64,000 nt of DNA from Mytilus californianus (Eukaryota). Of the stretch, positions 36,025 through 51,000 are shown in pieces. Below the pieces are notes generated by a model. That model ran no database searches. It saw nothing but the letters and a program-made list of their open reading frames with translations, and was not told the origin of the DNA. Both the position numbers and the translations under genes were made by a program. Within the stretch, counting starts at the first letter, position 1; each line of letters begins with the position of its first letter. The stretch spans positions 27,032,001-27,096,000 of the forward strand of contig NW_026262734.1 of assembly GCF_021869535.1 (NCBI RefSeq), written 5' to 3'.

Positions 36025-39000
36025 ATGTCTTCAAATAAATCCAATGGAGTTGTCCCAGGAGAGGAGGCCATGCCGATCAATGTGGATGATACAGAATATA
36101 AGAGATTGTATGAACTACCAACTATGCGATACAGCAATATTGTAATCCTAATAGTTACTGTTGATACCATTGTTTCTATTGCATTATGGGTAACAGGTAA
36201 ACATTTATGGTTTAGTATGCCACTTATATATAAATTATCAGTTAGTAATTTTCCTTCATCTACTTACACTACAGCTCAGGTGGATTTTGCTTTGTCCACA
36301 CGCCAACAGGCTGAGTGGGCACCAGGTGGGCAAAATTTCTAGCTTGTCCACTCTGCCCACCCATTTTGAATCAAAAGACTTGCAAGTACAATCAATTGAA
36401 AAAAGCAGATAAGCATTTATAATCAATATTTTTACAAGAAAAAAAAGAGAATATAGCTAGAGTGGTCACAGGTGGGCTGTCCACTGAGGGCAGGTGGAAA
36501 AAGCAAAATCCACAAGGGCTGTTGTGTATATTGGAAATGTACCATATGTTTGATAAATATTTAGAGTGAATGATATGTGGGCAAACATCAGTGATTAACC
36601 AACAAAAAATGACATAAGCAAGTGTTATGAGTAAAAAGGATAACAGAAATAATAGAAAATATTGCATAACAGACAAATTATCTAATCAACCAACATATGA
36701 TCATCCAAATCCCCAATAAAACAGATGAAGTCACATGCTAACAAAGACAAACAACAACAAAAACACATAGTCCATGTAGTCCGACATGGTTGAAGGCACT
36801 AAATGGGGCAGGGTTTAACTAGTTTATATTTCTAACATTTTAGTCTCCATACTACAAATGTATACAAAATGTATGTCTAAAATAATGATTTGGTTTGTTA
36901 AACAAATGCAGATAACATAAACCACCACAACAAAAGGATTGAATGGCAGAACTGTAAAATAATTGATTATCATGATTATCATAGAGAAATTTCATTTTCC
37001 AGGAGGCAAAACAAAGTATTTTGTTGACAACATAACAGATTTCCATCTAACAGAATCAGTTTTTGACTTAGTATTGGTGGCAGCTGGTAAAATAATATTT
37101 TACGTAACACTGCTGGCATTTCTGGAGACTTCCTCATTCAGACAGATAGATAATCCATATGATTTTGCCTTAACTCAGAAAATAAAAGTTTTACATGTGA
37201 TACTGATCATCTTCAGTCTTGTAGTTTTTGGATTCACTGTGACTAAAGGTGGATTTGTACTATACAAATTTATAAATGACTCCTCTTATACTAAAATGCA
37301 TGCAGAGTACAATGCTCTGGTCATATCAGCTGTGTGTTTTAGTTTGATAGAATTCATTGCATCTGTACTTAGCTTTGGAGCAATGAGATCACTGAAGGTG
37401 ATTCGGATTACCCGCAGATTTAATGATCAGGGTGTTGAGATTGATGATGAAGGGAAAGCCATTCTGAAGAAAGTTAGCCTTAAAAGACTCTTCCTGTTAG
37501 CTAAACCTGTAAGTCATTGTAATGGAATATCTAAAATCACTGAATAGTAATTTTTAAGAGTAAAAATAATTTCCAAACTTAACTTCATTAACTGTACTAA
37601 GGGAAACTATTCAATCTAAAAAATTATCAAAATCTCATGTTACATCATGTGAATGATTTTTCAGAGCTTATTCATAGAAATCTTTTCAATAGACATAATA
37701 GAAGTCACAAAAAATATAACATACAATGTAGTCCATTGTCCTTGACCTAATTTACATGGATCATTGATTCAATCATAATCAGTAAAGCAGGTCAAACATA
37801 TCAACATGTGCTCTCAGATTTGTGTAAAGTAGTCTCTGTATTGCAATTTAAGTTATTTTTACTATAATAGTATAATATAATAATTATATATAAAGTCATT
37901 AGTGTATCATTATTGAAAAAAGACAGTAAACATTTACCTAAAATGTACATGTACAATATACCAACTCCCTGAATTGCTTATGTTTAATTTTATCAGATTT
38001 TAATATGCTAAATCTATGTGTAAAAAGTAAGGCTGTGTTATAGAATTAAATGTCAAAGTTTTTTCTACAGGAATGGGGAATTATAGCTGGGGGATCTATA
38101 GCTTTAGTAGGATCAAGCGGCAGCCAGATGGCAGCACCATTGTTCTTTGGTAAGGTTGTAGATGCTGCACAGACAGATATGGGTAAGTACAAAAGGTCAT
38201 AGGGTTTTACTATAATGCCATATAAAAGATATGTGCCCAATTCTTCTCTTGAAAAATAAAAACTTTTGCATTAGTAAAGAAAAAATAATTTTTACAGTTA
38301 CAGTTGTGACCACAACAGTCTATTGTAAATTTAGAAATTATGGCGATGTTTTATTAATGCAAAAAATGTGACAGTATCAGGTTTGCAATAATAAAAAATC
38401 ACTTAATTAGGTCTCACATTTTTACCAGTATTTAGTGATTTACAAAAATAAATGCACACATCAATTTCTGAATTTACAGTATTTAAGGATGGTGGTCCTC
38501 CACCATTGAATTTCTAACCCCACAATTGGATTTCATTACCACTCTTTATTTTCTCTTTCAATTTTGAAATCTCATAAGAGAAGTATGAAAATAATTCAAA
38601 ATTAGTATAATATTGAGTGACTATACATGTAATTCAGTTTTGAATTTTTGTCATTAAATTAAGGTACACAAACACACATATGCAATGTAAAGTATCGCAA
38701 AAGGTTAAAACTTGATTACTGTTTTCAACAGTTGAAATGATTATTTTATAACCATCACTCTTGAAAATTTATCTGTGGTAATACCCTGCCTGCCTCAGTA
38801 ACTGGATTTTTTTACTGATCTGTACACCTGTCCATTCCTCTGTCTGTCTCATGTCATGTTGAAATTTTGGTTTAATGTAGTTTATTTTTTGGTTAAGTGT
38901 AGCTTGTGGTCACATCAAATTGAAACTTAGTACATATGATTATTGCGAAGTGATCAAATTATAATATACATGATATATATGAGCAAACTTCCATGGTTAA

Positions 39001-42000
39001 CTGAACATGGAAATGTGATAGTGTAAATGGGCAATGTATCCTTATCACATATTCTTGTTTTTCTTTTTTTTATGCCCCTGCCAAAGCGGGGGGGGGGGGG
39101 GGGGGGGACATTAAGTTTTACCCTTGTCCGTCCGTACGTCCCAAAATTGGTTTCTGTTCTCTAACTAAAGTTTGCCTCAACCAAATGTTATCAAACTTAT
39201 ACACAATGCTTATGACCTCAAAACACAGATCAAGTTTGAATTTTGGTGGCGTCACTTTAACCGTTCTAGAGTTATGCTCCTTTATATAAATGGAAAAATT
39301 GCAAAATTTTTCATTTCTGTTCTCTAACTTAAGTTTGCCTCATTTAAATGTTATGAAACTTATACACAATGCTTATTACCACAATACACAGATCAAGTTT
39401 GAATTTTGGTGGAGTCACATTTACTGTTCTAGAATTATTCCCCTTTACAAATGGAAAAATTGCTAAATTTTTCATTTTTTTTCTAAAAATATCAATGTCA
39501 TTATTCAAGTAATTTTTAAAATTGGAGTTATCTTCCTTTGTCCATGATTATAGTTGAATCAACTACAATCAATGCTTTATACAATGCAATGTTTAATTTT
39601 GCCTTCCATTGATAAAACACAGATCAAGTTGAATTTGGTTAGTGTCACTTTAACCATTATTGAGTTATGCCCCTTTATAAATCGAAAAATTGCAAAATTT
39701 TTAGTTTCCATTCTGTAACTTAAGTTTGCCCCAACCAAACATTATAAAACCTATACACAATACTCATTACCACAAAACTAAGATCAAGTACAAATTTTTT
39801 GTTTCCGTTCTCTAACTTTAGTTTGCCTCAACCAAATGTTATGAAACTTATACACAATGCTTATTACTACATAATACATTTAAGTACGAAATTCGGTGGC
39901 GTCACTTTTACCATTCTTGAGTTATGCCCCTTTATAAACATAAAAATTGCTGAATTTTTCTTTTCTTTTCTCTAACATTAGTTTGTCTCAACCAAATGTT
40001 ATAAAACTTATACACAATGCTTATTACCACAAAACTCAGATCAAGATCAAATTTGGGTAGCGTCACTTTTACCGTTCTTTTAAAGATATTTAATGTGTGT
40101 TTTTATATTACCTTCTTTTTTGCAGCGGAGCTTACAAGACTTGTGATTATTCTTGTGATTATATATGTGATTGGATCAATCTTAGCCTTCTTTAGATCAT
40201 GGTTGTTTACATTGGCTGGACAAAGTTTTGTGGCCAGGTTGAGAAAGAAATTGTTTGCCCAGATCATAGAGCAAGAAGTTGCTTTCTTTGATGAGAATAG
40301 GTTAGTAAAAATCATATAAATAGCTTATATATGTAGGACTCAGAGGTGCGATGGGGACGCTGAAGTGCGATGGTCAGGCTGAAGTGCGATGGTCTCTGCC
40401 GAAGTGCGATGGTCTATCTTACTCATGATGGCTAGTTTAAAATCTACAGATTATTATGAGAAGTACATGTAGATTTTTTTAAAAAGTTAAAATATAAATC
40501 TACAAATGTCACACTCCATTGTACGTAAAAAGGAACCTTTTTTTCAAAAATCACTATAGAAGGTTAACTTTTCCCTATCCACCAATGCCCCCCCCCCCCC
40601 CGTTCCTTGCTTTATTTAAAGTTTATAAGCCCTTATCAACTTTGAATCATGGAAAACTGCTTCTAACATACAAATTGACATCTACATCGACATAAAAAGC
40701 ATTGAAAATGTAGTTAGTTTTGACCATAGCACTTCAGCGTTACTACCATCATACTTCGGCGTATAGCTATCAACAAGATAGCGTCACAATGCCACCATCG
40801 CACTTCACCGTGACCAAAAAAGCACTTCAGCGTCAAACCATTGCACCTCAGCCTGACCATCGCAGTTCGGAGGACCATCACGGTTCAGAGTCCTACATAT
40901 ACAAAAATGTATATGGTAAATTAAACAAAAATTGTTTAATCAATGTTAAAAATGTACTAAATTATTGACAATGAAGAACAAAGGTTTAAACACTGTGTTA
41001 TACCTATGAATAAAAGGAATTGCAGGAGTTAGGTCAGCAAGCAGACATCCAATGGCAAAAATAGCCAAAAGATATCTAGCGAGCAACATACTGTCTCAAA
41101 CAAGTGACAAATGGCTTATACAGAGACATGTCAATGGCTATCGATAAGTATCGAGAATAGTGGAGAGATCAATATAATATTTATTCATATTTGATGCTGT
41201 ATTGTCTTAAGCACAAATGGTTTTATAAATTTCATCTTAATTAAATGGAAATAATGAAAGCCTTAGTATGATTTATTATAATTTAATTGTAGAACAGGAG
41301 AATTGTGTAATAGATTGGCCTCTGACACTCAAGTTTTACAGAATGCTGCAACTGTAAGTAATGCTTTGTTTTTGTATAATGCCAGTTTCTTTCAAACTTT
41401 CAAACTGATTCATTAAGCACCATGTTGATCTTTTGATAGCATACTATTCTTAGGTAGTGGTCACCAGATTTTAAATCTAGTATTTAATGCTTTTTTGCTA
41501 AGCATGCATCATGTTGAATGAAGAGTGAAGACTGGTCTGCTTAATGTGTCTGATATATTTGTGAGTAAGCTGACATGTTGTTCCATGGAATTTTACAGTG
41601 TGATTGAAAATGTTTCAAGTCAAGTACAAAAAAGGGAAACATAAATATATCTCATCAAAAATTTTCTGGATTATTGTTATTAGATGCTACTTACAGCACT
41701 ATATTGTTGCGGCCAGTTTTTATTCGTAGAGAACGCCAGAATGCCTGGACAGAACCATCGACCTTTGCAGGAAAACTGGCAATCCTAGTCAATTAAAATC
41801 GTAGTCAAAAGCACCTGCTAAATGCGGGTTTGAACTCACAACCTCAGCATTGACAGGTTAGTGATTGCTGTAGATGAACTACTTAGACAACCCAGCCACC
41901 AAGGCCCAGAATAATCGTGGAATATTTCACTGAATATCAAACATAAATGCATCAATTTGTACAGGAGATCATAATAGAACCACTGTTGCGAAAACATACT

Positions 42001-45000
42001 TCAAAAGACAATCACAATAATCTTAAAATAAACATTACCTGTAATTTTATAGATAATATGATATATGTTGCTAAAAGAAATGTTTCATGGTATAACCAAC
42101 AATAAGACAGATGAGCATAATAGGTGATCTGACAAGGACAGAAAGGGCATATAATACGGTTATCTTAACGAGTTCCAAAATTAGTGCATAAAATATGTAT
42201 ATAAGCTCATAGCCAGATCATATATTTGAATACACCCTTTATGCTTTATCATTCATATACAAAGTGAAGTCATAGATTTCCATTTTACTTTCTTTCAGGT
42301 TAACATATCTATGTTGGTGAGATATATATTCCAGTTGGTTGGGTCCTTAGGTTTTATGTTTTACCTGAATGCTGCCTTGACAGGTGTATTGTTAGCTGTT
42401 GTTCCTTTTGTTTCTATTTCAGCTGTGAGATATGGTAAGATCTATATTTTATAATTGTTGTGTATAGAAAATGTATTTATCTATCATTACTGTACTGTAT
42501 TTTATTTTTGTGGATCAACAAAAATTGGTATTTTGTCAGATATTTGATTTCATGGCTAATAAACATAATCTGCAAACAAGCCTTTGGAAATTTTTATTTT
42601 GTGGTTATCCCTTAACCTAGAAATCAATAGAAATAAGTATCCCACAAATAAAATGAATCCATAGAAATAAGTATACTACAAATTAAATGAATCCACAGAA
42701 AATCCTGCTACTTACATTGAATAGTACAACTTGTACAAGATTTTTTAGTAGTTTAAGATGTAGAGTTGGTGGCCAATATTCATCGTGGACATATTTTTGC
42801 TTTTATAAGATTTTCCTCTGGAAAAGTAGCGTGCTTTTTCCTGTCGCACAATATGATCTTTACCGTACATAAAACAATTATGAATCGGTAAATTCATCTT
42901 CAAAAAGTTGAGACATATACACAGCATGTCGATCTGAAAAAAATTATGTTGTAGACTGTATTATGTCGAAGCAACGACCCAAAATAAAAAGGACCGATAT
43001 TGGATGATTAGGGGAGATAATTCTACCTCTAAAATAAGTCAAGTGTATCAGTATATAAAATTTACTTGTACAGGTATACTGTCTGACTTATACAGAAAAA
43101 TCAAAATTTGATAGAAATAAATAAAAGACTAATGATTTAGATGTAAGCTGGTCATATTAATTATGAAAAGGATTGAAATATTTATTGAACAATGGTGTTA
43201 TAAATATATACATATATATATGTTTCTTTTAGGAAAATTTGTGCAGAAAATGCAGAAGAAATTTCAGGATAAGTTAGGAGATGCAGGAACTGTTGCCGAG
43301 GAGACGTTGTCAAGTGTCAGGACAGTAAGGTCATTTTCTGGAGAACCAAAAACTGTAAACAACTATGGAAAAGAAATTGATGAAAGTTACGATATTGGCA
43401 AGAAACTTGCATTAGCTTCAGGTAGGATTGATATGTTATCTAAAATTAACTCAGGGATAGTTTTGTTTTGCATGAGTTCATACTGAAGATAAAGAGATCT
43501 TTGAAAATGTAAGATTTTTTTGTATAGGAGGGAATGAGGATTTAATCAATGTCTGTATTTGATCAGTTGATGTCTAAAACTGAAGGTCAAAATAGTCTTC
43601 TGTTTTGGGGGGGGGGGGGGGGGGGGAAATGTCTTATGATTGTTTTTGTTTATTTACCGATCTTGTTTTAAATGAATCTTAATCATAAATATTCATGGTT
43701 TTGAATTGATCTTGGTGGTTTACATGCATCTCATTGTGAATTTTCCCTTAATATTTTTTTTACTATTAAAAAATACCTTCGTGTTGACCCAATCTGATGA
43801 ACATATTACTTTATCAGAATATATAATGTTATTTTACAGGTGGTTTCCAAGGTCTGATTGGTTTATTGGCACAGGGTGCTATAGCTTTATGTTTGTGGTA
43901 TGGTGGTAAACTGGTCTACGATGAAGCACATGGTAAACATACAGGACTGACTCCTGGTGTGCTAACATGTAAGTACTTACACTTACTTTTAATAACTTAT
44001 AAGTTGAATAGGTATTTCTTACACCAACTCCGGGTGTGTTTACATGTAAGCTAGGTGAAAAGGTGTTTCTCTACTCAAAATTACATACATTAATTCTTAG
44101 TTTACTTATGTGTAAGATAGATGAAAAAAGTAATTCTTACATAAAATTACATACACAACTGACTTCTGCTGTACTGACCTGTCAATTATATGGAAAGGGT
44201 ATTTTTTACACATTTTTAAACACATAAACATGAATATCTGACTCCTGGTGTACTAATAAGTAAATTAGTCTGAAAAGGTCATATCATTTACTAGCATTCC
44301 TGATGAAGGTAACCCCAGAAAAGCGCATCGAACACATGAAATTTATGTTGTTTTCAATTTTTTTTACAAAATTTTTCAAAGATTGATCACCAGGTTCAAG
44401 CTTTATGTATTCATACATTCATGGAATGTAGATTAAGTTAATATAAGTCTGACATTCTCTTTAAATACCAGTGGCATTATCTTTCAACCATTGACTAGAT
44501 GCTCTTTGATTTTTCAGCATTTCTGTTGTACACTTTGCAAGTAGCCATGGCCTTTGCTCTGATGTCCTCGTTGTATGGAGATTTCATGTCAGTAAGTATT
44601 GTCGCATGGAAAGATTTTCATAAACATTTCAGGATAATAGAGAGACATACTTAAAGCTATGGAAAAGATTTTAAGGAATACAGACCATTTAGTTTATAAA
44701 ATAGTGTGTGGAGTATTCAAATAATTACAACACACTCCATTCATATATGATATTAAAATGAGGAGTTGTGTTATAATATCCAGTAAGACAACAAACTACA
44801 TGTCACCATTAATCCTTCAACAATGAGCAAAACCAACAAAAGTTTAGCGAGCTATAAAAGTCCCCAAATCTGATACAGATCTCCAGAATAACTGTGTCTG
44901 CATGATAACTAAAAAAACAATCAAAAACCCAATCCATTTGATAATTTCAGCATTCAAAAACCAAATTCATGTAATAGTGAACACAATTATATGTCAAAAC

Positions 45001-48000
45001 TATGTGTTCCAACCCTTCTAGTCACTGTTGAGTGTGTTATTTACAGAGATTGTTGCCACATAATCAATCTTTGTTGCCACATAATCAATCTTTTTTTGTA
45101 ATTTTAGGAAATCTACTTTCGTTCTAAAATTAGATTATCCAATCAAATTACTGATCTGGGTTGATATTTTTAAATCACTTGATCCTTGCTTAAAATTATT
45201 GTATTCTCTGTACATAAAAGAGACCATCTAATAAAAACCACAAGAGAATTGGTGAAAAGATAAAAGGTTTATGTTTAAAAAAAGTTAGCAAAATGTATAC
45301 CATAAAGTACTACAGTTGGTTCATAGACTTTTGTCTTGCAGGCCTTAGGAGCATCAACAAGAATATTTGGTTTGTTAGAAAGGACACCTGGTATTCAAAA
45401 TGTAAATGGATTGGTACCTGCACAACTGACTGGAAGTAAGTGATTTTTATATTCTGACTTTCTAATTAATAAACAAGTCCCTACTTACCGCATTTTTGCG
45501 CCTGTCCCAAGTCAGGAGCCTTCTGGCCTTTGTTAGTCTTGTATGTTTTTTTAATTTTAGTTCCTTTATATGTTTTGGAGTTTAGTGTGACGTCAAATTT
45601 CACTGAACCAGCTGAGGATCACCTCCGGGTGTGGGATTTTCTCGCTGCGTTGAAGACCCATTGGTGGCCTTCGGCTGTTGTCTGCTCTTTGGTCGGGTTG
45701 CTGTCTCTTTGACATATTCCCCATTTCCATTCTCAATTTTTTAGTACAGTGTAACATATCAATTCTTTCTCAGGCAAATAACTACCAGATTTTTCCATGG
45801 AAAGTGGAATTACAGCAGAAACCATTCATGTGTTTATCAATGTAACTTGTAACAAGGCCTTAAATTTGATCAAGAGCTTTTATCACATTATTTAGAAGGT
45901 CTTCTGATAGAAATCCCGTTTTTTATTTGTGTTTGTACAACTGGTTGTAGGGCTGGTTGCTCCGGTTGTTTCCTTGCTATAACTTATGGCCCGTTTAACC
46001 AATGCTTTTCAAATTTTAATATGTTGTTGGTGATGACAAAATTGAGGTACTAGAAATTTTTACTCTGCCATTTAGGAGTTAAGGTCGCTAACTGATTGGA
46101 AAATAGTACTTTACATCAATCTGTTCAATAACTTGAGAAATGTATGACCAATGCTTTTCAAATTTGATTAATTTGTTACAAATATCAAAATTGAGATCAA
46201 GAGACAAACCAGTGTAAATCAGAAGATTTTATTTAAAAATAATCTGAGATCTGCCTCCACAGTTTTGATTTAAATTTATGTCCCTTGGCACATTCAGGTT
46301 GTGGGGTATATTATCATGCCACAATGACACCTTGTGACCTCAACTCCTTTTAGTCAGAAAATTCTCATACTTGTTAGGAGTGTTTGCCATCATGTGTAGT
46401 TGTCCATATTATACAGTCATTATGATTTGACAATTTTTAGGGGTAAGATGTGGATCAATTTCTACTATTTCCTTAACATAATATCAATTAAACAAACTCG
46501 ATCCGGTAATTGAAAATAAAGAGCTTTTAGTAAAGATTTTAAGTGAGCATATAGCCAGTCTAAAACCCAAGTTATTTTCTTAAGTGTTTAAATAGTCTTA
46601 TTAAGTCATTTCAATGTAAAAAAAAATGTTTTTCTGGTACAAATCACAATGTATTGTTATGTGTGTATACATGCCATACATGTCATACTGCCCATCAAGG
46701 GCACTTGGTTGGAATAATAGATAAATATTCTTTCTATAATCTAGTAGCTTTTAAAATGAGTTACTTAAATATCTATATGTATATGTTTTTTAGGAGTTCA
46801 GTTCAAGAATGTTTGTTTTACATATCCTTCTAGACCAGAATCAGAGGTTCTAAAGGTAAGCATCTATTAATATTCCGCAGAAGTACACGAGTCATCCCTG
46901 TTTTATGTTCTCTCAAATTCAGATAAATCATGTGGACATTGTTGTAATTTACAGAGTAAAGTACTGAGTTGTCTACTCAGCCATGATCAAATATTCGGAT
47001 TATAAAAGTTCACACATTTCAACTTTAGATTCTGATTTATATTTGAATGCAACTTCCTCATGACATAGGAATTCAAAAAGTTTTAAGATTAAATTTTACA
47101 CTACTTTCTATTATTCTATATGCATTTAAACTGGTTCTGACCAATTTCGATAATTTTTGATTCACCACACTTTGATTAAATTTGTTGTTTGTATTTTCTC
47201 ACCATATCTTTTCAGAATATTGTACTTGGCAATCTACTTTAAATCAATAGAGAAACAGGATCTACCACTTAACCCAATTTGATCACAATATTTATCCTCT
47301 CTCAAAAGTTTCCCTAACTATTTATTTGGCTACATTTAAGAGATAACTGTATTGTATTTGAAGCTTTGCGGACGTCCATCGGTAGTTTTACTGTCGCAAA
47401 TTTAGTTTACCTGGCGACGTGTAGCAGAGACAGGTAAACGGGTATTTGCGACAGTAAAACTACCGATGGACGTCCGCAAAGCTTCAAATACAATACAGTT
47501 ATCTCTATTCTAATGCAAAACAAGTACATAATTCAATTTCAATCAATATTTCAGTGTAAAATTCTCATTAAAGAAAATTTGCGAAAAGATGTTATCTTCT
47601 TTGGCCCCAAAACTAGGTGACTTCATAGGTATGCTTCCGGCGTCAAACGTAAACACCGGGCGTTTTCTGGCTTCTTGGCCGCTTCAGAATGTAATAGAAT
47701 TTGATAAAAAGATTTCTAGGTGCAACATGTGAGTTTTTTTGCAATTCCGCAATTCAAAATGTCGGCCTCCTTAGTTGCAGACAAGGAGATAGAGAATTTT
47801 ACGCTTACTGTCATCCAATCAGAACCATTGATACAAAATAATTGCATTAGAATTCGTAATAAATCAGGTGGTTTGGTAAAATCTGTATTTCTATCGACAC
47901 CCCTTAACATTTTGCTGTCTATTTCTAGAGTATATGCTTCACAGTAGAACCAGGAGAAATGGTAGCTTTAGTTGGACCATCAGGGGGAGGTAAATCTACC

Positions 48001-51000
48001 ATTGTCAACATGATTGAGAGATTTTATGATCCTAGTGAAGGAACAATATACTTAGGTATGTAGAAACATTTTAATTAACTTTACACATATATATACAGTG
48101 AAAATATAATTGGAGTTTTTTAAGATATTCACATATTGACAATTCATTATTTTTATTTAAAATGACGGCTCAGGAAATATAAAACACAGACAGGGAATAC
48201 AAGTCTGTATCTACTGTGAAGATCCTGAATAACCATGCCATTTTACTTCTTCTATAAATACAATATTCATTTTTATGTCTCTTGCAACATAACTATCTTT
48301 GTCCAATGGATACATTCTCCATTTATTTTATTTTATGCCCATTCAAGCACAATGTATCAACAAAATTTATAAGATGACATCCATTGTATATTCTTTACTT
48401 TATTGAAAAGGGTATTAATCTGATCATCTAAGATTAGTAAAACTTAAACAAAAATATGCAATGCTATTTATTTAGATGACTATGACTTGAAAGAATTAGA
48501 TCCTCAGTGGTTTAGGAAGAAGATATCTATGGTCAGCCAGGAACCAACGTTATTTGCCTGCTCCATTAAAGAAAACATTGCCTTTGGTGTCAATGCTGAT
48601 ATCAGTGAGGTATGTGGAATACATTTTGTAATAATTTGTTTATTTGTAGGAGAAAACCTCACTAATGGAGTGCTATGACACTTCTATATAGAAATATTTA
48701 TTGACCTGTTTGATCAGTATATACAATGTATCAGCAGATCTAGGGTTGAGGAAAATAGGGGTGTAATTTTGTAATTATACCCCCGGTTTAAAAAAGTGGG
48801 GGTATACTGTTTTACCTCTGTCTGTCTGTCTGTTTGTCCATACACGATTTTATGTCCAATAAAGAGCTGTGCCATGTGCTCCTGATACGCCCATCGCTTT
48901 TTCAATCAATCAAGATCCATAATGAGTTATTTTCCAAAAACTGGAAATTCCACCCATTTTTATGAATAAAATCCCATAACTAGGAAACGTATAATCTAAA
49001 ATTTATAAAAATGGAAGGGAGCTTACATCAATAAATATAAACAAATCACCAAAGTTTTCTGAAATTTTGTTAAAGCATTTTTGAGTTATTGTCCAACATT
49101 TTGACAATGGACAGACGGATAGAAGGACAGATGGACAGACAATGGTACACTGTAAACAGATGTAAAAAAATGAAGTTAATTTCCTATCAAAAAAGGGGGG
49201 GCATAAGCCCTCAGTACAGTCCACCTGAATCCGCAACTAACGACACCCCTTTTTTTTTTGTCAGTAACTTATACAATTATATGCTATGGTACGTTTATCC
49301 TTTCTTTTTTTGCCAACATTATCTTTGAAACTCATTTGTAGATGATTATTTTTATTTCTTCACATTTTTATACGACCGCAAAAAAATTTGTGGTCGTATA
49401 TTGGTATGACGTTGGCGTCGTCGTCGTCGTCCGAAGACACATTGGTTTTCGCACTCTAACTTATGTTTAAGTGAATGGATCTCTATGAAATTTTACCATA
49501 AGGTTCAATACCACAAAAGGAAGGTTGGGATTGATTTTGGGGGTTATGGTACCAACAGTTAAGGAATTAGGGGCCAAAAAGGGGCCAAAAATAAGCATTT
49601 TTGTAACTTCCAGACATAACTTGTGTGTTAGTGTATGGATCTCTCTGACATTGTACCACAAGGTTCCATATCACAAAGGGAATGCTGGGATTGATTTTGG
49701 GGGTAATTGCCTCAAAATTTTAGGAATTAGGGGCTAAAAAAGGGGCAAAAAACAAGCATTTTTCTAGTTTCATGACAAAAACTTGTGTGTAAGTCTATAG
49801 ATCTTTCTGAAATTGTACTACAAGGTTCCATATCTCAAAGGGAAAGCTGGAATTGAGTTTGGGGGTAATTGCCCAAAACGTTTAGGAATAAGGGGCCAAA
49901 AAGGGGCCAAAAATAAGCATTTTTCTAGTTTCCAGACAATAACTTGTGTTCAAGTGTATGGATCTCTCTGAAATTGTACTGCAAGGTTCCATATCACAAA
50001 GGGAATGTTTGGATTGATTTTGGGGGTAATTGTCTCAAAATTTTACGAATTAGGGGCCAAAAAAGGGGCAAAAAAAAGCATTTTTCTAGTTTCATGACAA
50101 TAACTTGTGTGTAAGTCTATGGATCTTTCTGAAATTGTACCACTAGGTTCCATATCACAAAGGGAAAGCTGGAATTGAGTTTGGGGGTAATTGCCCAAAA
50201 CGTTTAAGAATAAGGGGCCAAAAGGGGGCCAAAAATAAGCATGTTTCTAGTTTCCAGACAATAACTTGTGTTCAAGTGTATGGATCTCTCTGAAATTATA
50301 CTGCAAGGTACCATACCACAAAGGGAAGGCTGGGATTGATTTTGGGGGTAATTGCCTCAAAATTTTAGAAATAAGGGGCCAAAAAGGGGCAAAAAACAAG
50401 CATGTTTCTAGTTTCAGGACAATAACTTGTGTGTAAGTGTATGGATCTTTATGAAATTGTACTACAAGGTTCCATATCACAAAGGGAAAGCTGGGTTTGA
50501 GATTGGGGGTAATTGTCCTAAATGTTTAGGAATATGGGGCCAAAAAGGGGACAAAAAACAAGCATTTTTCTAGTTTCCAGACAATAACTTGTGTTCAAGT
50601 GTATGGATCTCTATGAAATTGTACTGCAAGGTACCAAACCACAAAGGGAAGGCTGGGATTGAGTTCAGGGGTGATGAATCATAAGGGGGTTCAAAAAATT
50701 TTGGGGGGGGGGATTTTTTTTTTCTTTAAAATTTTCCATTTTAAATTGGTTATTTCTGATTTATATATAAAAGCAAATAATAATGATATGGTTTGAATAG
50801 GTAAATTAAAAAATTTAAGTTCTTAGACTACATTCATTCTGTGTCAGAAACCTGTGCTGTGTCAAATATTTAATCACAATCCAAATTCAGTGCTGTATCA
50901 AGCTTGAATGTTGTGTCCATACTTGCCCGAACAGTTCAGGGTTCGACCTCTGCGGTCGTATCAAGCTGCGCCCAGCGGAGCATTTTATTCAATTTTTAAT

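Noticed and set aside
39088-43625. Poly-G runs of about 20 nt (39088-39107 and 43607-43625) as G-quadruplex elements
   Set aside because: Homopolymer lengths are unreliable in assemblies, one run is part of a repeat head, and there is no independent support for function.
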